Of a stretch of 45,157 bases of DNA, positions 41,074-45,157 are shown piece after piece. The DNA comes from an uncultured Candidatus Micrarchaeota archaeon (lineage in GTDB: Archaea; Micrarchaeota; Micrarchaeia; Norongarragalinales; Norongarragalinaceae): the NCBI GenBank assembly GCA_903893865.1, contig CAITNU010000060.1, positions 1 through 45,157 of the forward strand. Direction: 5' to 3'. The notes below the pieces were generated by a model. It searched no databases. It saw nothing but the letters and a program-made list of their open reading frames with translations, and was not told the origin of the DNA. How positions within the stretch are numbered: position 1 is the first letter of the stretch; every line of letters starts with the position of its first letter. A program made the position numbers and the translations under genes.

Positions 41074-41268
41074 TTGCCTGAATCCGAATCTTATCTCGTG
41101 ACTGTTCCCAGTGATTGGAAGGTTGAAGACCACGCCGTAAAGAACCGGAAGTTTCCGAGCGTGCAGGATTTCATTCGCGAACTAATTCGGCGCGACATGG
41201 AAGCGTGGGACAAGGAAGAACTCGACCGCAAGAACGTCGCGACCGCCGCAGCGACTGCGAAAAAGTGA
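41074..41268 (+). CDS. small ribbon-helix-helix (CopG/Arc/MetJ-like) DNA-binding protein
   Basis: TTG start with GGGGGAG about 9 nt upstream. The layout YLVTVPSDW (beta strand) - KVEDHAVKNRKF (helix) - PSVQDFIRELIRRDME (helix) matches the RHH pattern ...S-x-S-[ED]-[FA]-IR-x-[AL]-[IL]R. No partner toxin gene is adjacent. Confidence 0.55.
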   Translation: MPESESYLVTVPSDWKVEDHAVKNRKFPSVQDFIRELIRRDMEAWDKEELDRKNVATAAATAKK

Positions 41269-41312
41269 AGGCGCGAAAACTATAAAAAAAATAATAGCGG
41301 CTAATTTTAATT

Positions 41313-41924
41313 TTACTCGGGGCAGACGTCGACGACGCGCTGCGCGAGAAGCATCGCGTAATTCCTGCGCGGTTCTCCCCCGAAAATTTGTTCGTGAACC
41401 TCAGTAGTCACGAGATACGCTTTGTTGAAACAGAACTGCGATACTCGGAAGCCGTAAGTGCTGGGAATGCTCGTGGAAACTATTTCGACGGGTTTGACGC
41501 GGCTCGTGTTCAAGCCAGTCAAGTTCGCTACGTTGCTTGGCGAATCGAATGCGTTGAACAACGGCTTTTCGATGCTAATCGCGTAATAGAAGCGCGTGAG
41601 GTAGTCGCTCGCAATCCACTGTCGGTCGTTTACTTGAGGAATCGTTATTTTAACGCCTAGCACTTCCGAGGAAGCGGCTGCGACTTGCGCGGCGAAATCG
41701 CTGATTAAAGGCGTTGAAGGCGAAGGCAACGCTGAAGGCTCGGAAACCGAAGGCTCGGCGGAAGGAACGGTTGAAGGCGCGGCGACGCTTGCAAAAACGC
41801 TGGGCGCAACGCTCGGCGCGAAGCTTGGTGCGACGCTGGGCGCTGCACTGGGCGTTGTTTGTTCCTGCACGCAGCCTGCAGCTAGCAGCGCGAGAACTGC
41901 AACGAAGAGTAAAACCGGTTTCAC
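41313..41924 (-). CDS. secreted lipobox-type protein with Ala/Pro/Ser-repeat linker, function unknown
   Basis: GTG start with AGGTGAT 6 nt upstream. MKPVLLFVAVLALLAAGCVQEQ, then repeats of APSVAPSFAPSVAPSV. Confidence 0.75.
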   Translation of the reverse strand: MKPVLLFVAVLALLAAGCVQEQTTPSAAPSVAPSFAPSVAPSVFASVAAPSTVPSAEPSVSEPSALPSPSTPLISDFAAQVAAASSEVLGVKITIPQVNDRQWIASDYLTRFYYAISIEKPLFNAFDSPSNVANLTGLNTSRVKPVEIVSTSIPSTYGFRVSQFCFNKAYLVTTEVHEQIFGGEPRRNYAMLLAQRVVDVCPE

Positions 41925-42170
41925 TTTGAATCACCTTTCCGCTGTTCGCTTTTCCGTTTTTCCGTTTTTCTTTTGGTTCGGCAAGCGTAACGCCAGCGTG
42001 GAATAAAAGCATTAAGCTGCGAGAAAGCAGTAGGAGAGGAGGAATTCGGAAACGGGAAAATTCGGATGAAGTTGGAAACGAGGGGGGAATCAGGAGGAAC
42101 CTGAAAACGAGGGAATCAGGAAAATTCTTGAACTGAAGGGAGCACAAGCCCGAACCGCAGGGGGCTGGCG

Positions 42171-42217
42171 CTGGAAAAATTAAAAAAAAGAAAAAGGGGA
42201 GAGAGCGCTCTCGCGCC
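42171..42217 (-). terminator. hairpin plus long oligo-T terminator of the S-layer gene
   Basis: After the TAA stop the minus strand reads ...CAGAGGGCGCGAGAGCGCTCTCTCCCC (contains the 12-nt palindrome GAGAGCGCTCTC), followed by TTTTTTCTTTTTTTTAATTTTT. Confidence 0.6.
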
Positions 42218-42229
42218 CTCTGAAAAGGT

Positions 42230-45025
42230 TTACCTGACTAGGCTGGGACTGTTCGTGCTGAGCCAGCTGATGAGCTCGTTGGCTGCCGCGGTCGTGTCGT
42301 CCGCAGTGTATCCAGCTACGACGACCTTGTCTCCGACGACTTTAACGTATGCGTCGCCGGCGTTCATGGTCGCGAATCCGGGTACTTGTGCGGTGAGCTG
42401 GTTGACTAACGGTCCTCCGACGAGTATCATCGTCTCGGTTCCGCTCGCCATTCCGCTCGTGTCCGTCACAACTAACGGCGCTGTGCTCGTGTCGAGTGCC
42501 TGAACCACGTACGCCTTATCGCTGGAACACGACAAACCGTCTGCGCCGGTCATGTCCGCTCCCGAAACTGCGCCGCACGAAATCTTGTCCAACGTGACTT
42601 TGTAGCCTCCGTCGCTCAAGATAGTCGAGCCTTCAGCGTAGTTGTCGCTCGCGGTGTTCCCAGTCGCGTTGAGCGATGCCGCTCCGAACGTGTACAGGGC
42701 GTGCGAGATGGTGGTCGGGTACGTTATGATCACTGAGCTGGATGATATTGTAGCCATTCCTCCGCGGTTGCTCGTGAACCCGCTCTGATAGCTGTAGTTT
42801 GGTTGTGCCATAGCACTGGCGTACGCGTCGTAGCCTATGTACGACGTTCCAGAAGTCGGTTGGAAGCACATCGGTGTCGTTGCGGCTCCGCCGATTGGTA
42901 CGCTGTAGGCGTACGGCGTGGTGTCGCTATCAGTCGTGTATTCAGGTATGAACAACGCGTAGTAAGCCGTGCTTGTTGGTTTGGTAGACGAGCAAGCCGC
43001 GCCTTGCAGCTTCGTCGCGTCAAAGCCTATGGTTACCGTGTTGGGCCCGTAGTTGTACGTGACGTAGTTCTTGAAGAACTGGCTGATGGTGAAACCAGTG
43101 ATGGTTCCGTTTGAACCAGCGGCCACAGCTTGGAAGGTTGCTTGTCCAGCGCAGGTATTGGTTCCGCTTGAGTTGGTGAACGAGTAAGACGTCACATACA
43201 CGGCAAATGCAGCCTCGTTGTAGAGGGTGACTTGCGTGCCTGCGGCGTTTATCAGGTTACTCGTGCCTGTCGACGAAGTGTTGACTGCAGCAACCGTTCC
43301 AGTGAATGCGGTTATTCCCGTGTTACTGCAACTCGCGTTAGAGGCGGTTACGTTCCACGTGCCGGTTCCACCTCCCGTCACAGTTATTGTATTGGCTGCG
43401 GTGGAAGTGAAGTTGATCGTACTCGTTCCGGTTCCGTTGTACGGAACGTAGATGCCGTTCTTCAGGTAGTCGATTTGGCCTATTACTGCGCCTCCTGCGA
43501 CGTTGCCGGTCACGAAGTAAGCCGCGTTCGATGTGTCGCCGCCGCTTCCAAATTGAAACGCGTTTGAGCGAGTCGATTGGAGGTTGACAGCGTTTCCTTT
43601 CGTGGTAGTGTCAGTGGCCGACTGTCCTAGATTGCCAGGGGCAGAGTAATATGGAGTCATAGTCAAAGTGTCTGTGCTTGTTGGTGTTTCAATGCCGGTG
43701 TAAGTCAAGCGCATCGTCGCAGGTTTCGCGATAATGTCCACGTAATCGCCTGCCTTCATTGCGGCGGGTATATGCGTCTGCCTCAACTGAAGCCTGCTTA
43801 ACGAAGCTCCGAAAGTCGTGCCGCCTTGAATTATGTTTACTTGCCAGTACATGTTGTCGCCGCCGTCAACCTGTGAACTGCTGGTGAGCGTCAGCTTGTC
43901 GCTGAACACGCTTACTTGAGCGTAAGCGCTTCCGCCCGTACCAACGAACGCCTTCCACACTTTGATGACGACGCCGTTCTTGTTGTACTCGTACGTGCCG
44001 ACTTCTTGCAGGGTTGCGGTGTCGATTTTGTTTCCGCTCGCGTCGTAAATGTCGAACGACGCTGCTGGAACGTACGACGTGCCGTAAGGCATGCCTGAAA
44101 TGTCTTTCAGGACGACTTTAATGCTGTTAGGCGCAGTCGCCTCGTCACCAATCTGCATGAATTCCTTGTACTGCACTTCCTTTCCTAGCGTAACCGCCGG
44201 AGTGCCGCCGCTTCCCGCGTAGGAGAAGCCAGTCAATCCGTAGATTACCCAGTCCGCACCGAGGAACTTGATTTTCACTCTGTGCTTGGAAGTTTGGTAC
44301 TGGGAACCCGCGTTTGCGCAGACTTCGTCAGTCACGCTGGCTCCACTGGTCACGTTCGTACAAAGAATGATTGGATCAGTGAATGTGGCTTCGTATCCCA
44401 TGAGCGTGTTTTGAGCCGTGATGACGTTGGGAGTAAGGTCGAGCGCCGGATTCGAGTAAAAGTAATACTTTTCCTCTTCCGTGTACGTCTTGCTGCCTTG
44501 CGAGTCGGTTATGGTGCCCTTGTACGCCAACGGAGTCTCGTAGTTAGTGACTTTGCGTCCACTGTACGAGGACTGTGTAGCGGTAGGGAGCACTTGATAG
44601 CCGGCGAGATGGTTTACATCCGTCCTGTCGTCGATGGCATTGTTATTCAAATAGCCACCGATGTACGCCTTCATTTGGTACGCTACAGCTGGGTTTACTC
44701 CCGGCGTCGTTACAGACGCGGTAACGCTTGTGCCACCGCTTGTTCCGCCGCCTTCGCACGACAAGGCGTCCTTGCCGAGCACTGTGATGTCGGAACTCGT
44801 GTACGCGAGGTGTCCGATCATCGCGGCAATGTTTGCCGCCGCAACGGCATCAGACGGCATGGCTGCGCTTCCAACAACGATTTTTACATTAGGTTCCGCG
44901 TTGTTGAAGAGCTTGAAATTCGCCAAGCCGGAGTTGTCGACGCTTACCGCAGCCGCAAGGGATGCCCCAAGCAACGCAGCGCCGATTCCCGCCGTCGCGA
45001 TTCTCTTCAAATTTATACTTTTCAT
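42230..45025 (-). CDS. S-layer protein (Methanococcus-type S_layer_N / S_layer_C motifs)
   Basis: ATG with a perfect GAGGTGA 9 nt upstream. Signal peptide MKSINLKRIATAGIGAALLGASLAAA. N-terminal KIVVGSAAMPSDAVAAANIAAMIGHLAY and C-terminal MILVGGPLVNQLTAQV resemble the VVVG...DVVSAA.IAA.IG and VGGP.[AV]N.LT motifs of euryarchaeal S-layer proteins. Thr/Ser/Gly/Ala-rich, with no TM anchor. Confidence 0.8.
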   Translation of the reverse strand: MKSINLKRIATAGIGAALLGASLAAAVSVDNSGLANFKLFNNAEPNVKIVVGSAAMPSDAVAAANIAAMIGHLAYTSSDITVLGKDALSCEGGGTSGGTSVTASVTTPGVNPAVAYQMKAYIGGYLNNNAIDDRTDVNHLAGYQVLPTATQSSYSGRKVTNYETPLAYKGTITDSQGSKTYTEEEKYYFYSNPALDLTPNVITAQNTLMGYEATFTDPIILCTNVTSGASVTDEVCANAGSQYQTSKHRVKIKFLGADWVIYGLTGFSYAGSGGTPAVTLGKEVQYKEFMQIGDEATAPNSIKVVLKDISGMPYGTSYVPAASFDIYDASGNKIDTATLQEVGTYEYNKNGVVIKVWKAFVGTGGSAYAQVSVFSDKLTLTSSSQVDGGDNMYWQVNIIQGGTTFGASLSRLQLRQTHIPAAMKAGDYVDIIAKPATMRLTYTGIETPTSTDTLTMTPYYSAPGNLGQSATDTTTKGNAVNLQSTRSNAFQFGSGGDTSNAAYFVTGNVAGGAVIGQIDYLKNGIYVPYNGTGTSTINFTSTAANTITVTGGGTGTWNVTASNASCSNTGITAFTGTVAAVNTSSTGTSNLINAAGTQVTLYNEAAFAVYVTSYSFTNSSGTNTCAGQATFQAVAAGSNGTITGFTISQFFKNYVTYNYGPNTVTIGFDATKLQGAACSSTKPTSTAYYALFIPEYTTDSDTTPYAYSVPIGGAATTPMCFQPTSGTSYIGYDAYASAMAQPNYSYQSGFTSNRGGMATISSSSVIITYPTTISHALYTFGAASLNATGNTASDNYAEGSTILSDGGYKVTLDKISCGAVSGADMTGADGLSCSSDKAYVVQALDTSTAPLVVTDTSGMASGTETMILVGGPLVNQLTAQVPGFATMNAGDAYVKVVGDKVVVAGYTADDTTAAANELISWLSTNSPSLVR

Positions 45026-45091
45026 TTTTCGTGTTCACCTCGATGAACTCCCAAGCCAAAACAAGCAAAGGAATTCAACGATTCTCGCTCT

Positions 45092-45101
45092 CATATTTTT
45101 A
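45092..45101 (-). promoter_or_regulatory. candidate TATA box (TAAAAATATG on the minus strand) of the S-layer gene, inside a short inverted repeat
   Basis: About 70 nt upstream of the ATG, implying a ~40-nt leader that carries the SD. Flanked by CTCTC...GAGAG arms (45088..45107). Confidence 0.35.
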
Positions 45102-45157
45102 CGAGAGACATTTTTTGTTCGAGCCACCCACGCATCGAGAGGTCTCTCTCCCCAGCC

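Overview
Gene-dense archaeal chromosomal segment of about 45 kb. I saw no rRNA, CRISPR array, transposase or integrase. Archaeal hallmarks read from the sequence: an intron-containing tRNA-Gly(CCC) with a bulge-helix-bulge-compatible splice site, RtcB RNA ligase, split GMP synthase (guaAA/guaAB), two adjacent FtsZ genes, a MinD-type ATPase, and an S-layer gene with Methanococcus-type N- and C-terminal motifs. Expression signals fit too: A/T-rich TATA boxes about 25 nt upstream of apparently leaderless starts, GGTG-type Shine-Dalgarno sites before ATG/GTG/TTG starts, and oligo-T terminators. I call 34 protein-coding genes and 1 tRNA. Several ORF-track starts were trimmed to better-supported internal starts. 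All coordinates were hand-counted. The window is dominated by cell-envelope genes: a 1170-aa beta-helix surface protein followed by an ABC-2 transporter pair, at least six lipobox-type secreted proteins with Pro/Thr linkers, an S-layer protein, and a same-strand run of four surface-protein genes at 22.4-36.7 kb. That run is headed by a 3601-aa mosaic giant protein. The best candidate for something undescribed is the giant-protein locus. Its extreme C-terminal Cys-containing domain is duplicated as a stand-alone, N-terminally anchored 184-aa protein encoded immediately downstream. The giant gene also carries three tail-collar-like units with paired HxH motifs, seven near-identical tandem ~306-bp coding repeats, and an A+T-richer DUF2341/ConA-like block nested inside a split Ig-like domain. 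Other items worth a second look: a low-GC gene wedged antisense between guaAB and guaAA, a duplicated 45-nt hairpin with a compensatory base-pair change in the ftsZ-ftsZ spacer, a PGF-CTERM-like tail, and a domain-permuted orphan methyltransferase. Family calls come from motif recognition by eye, not database searches.
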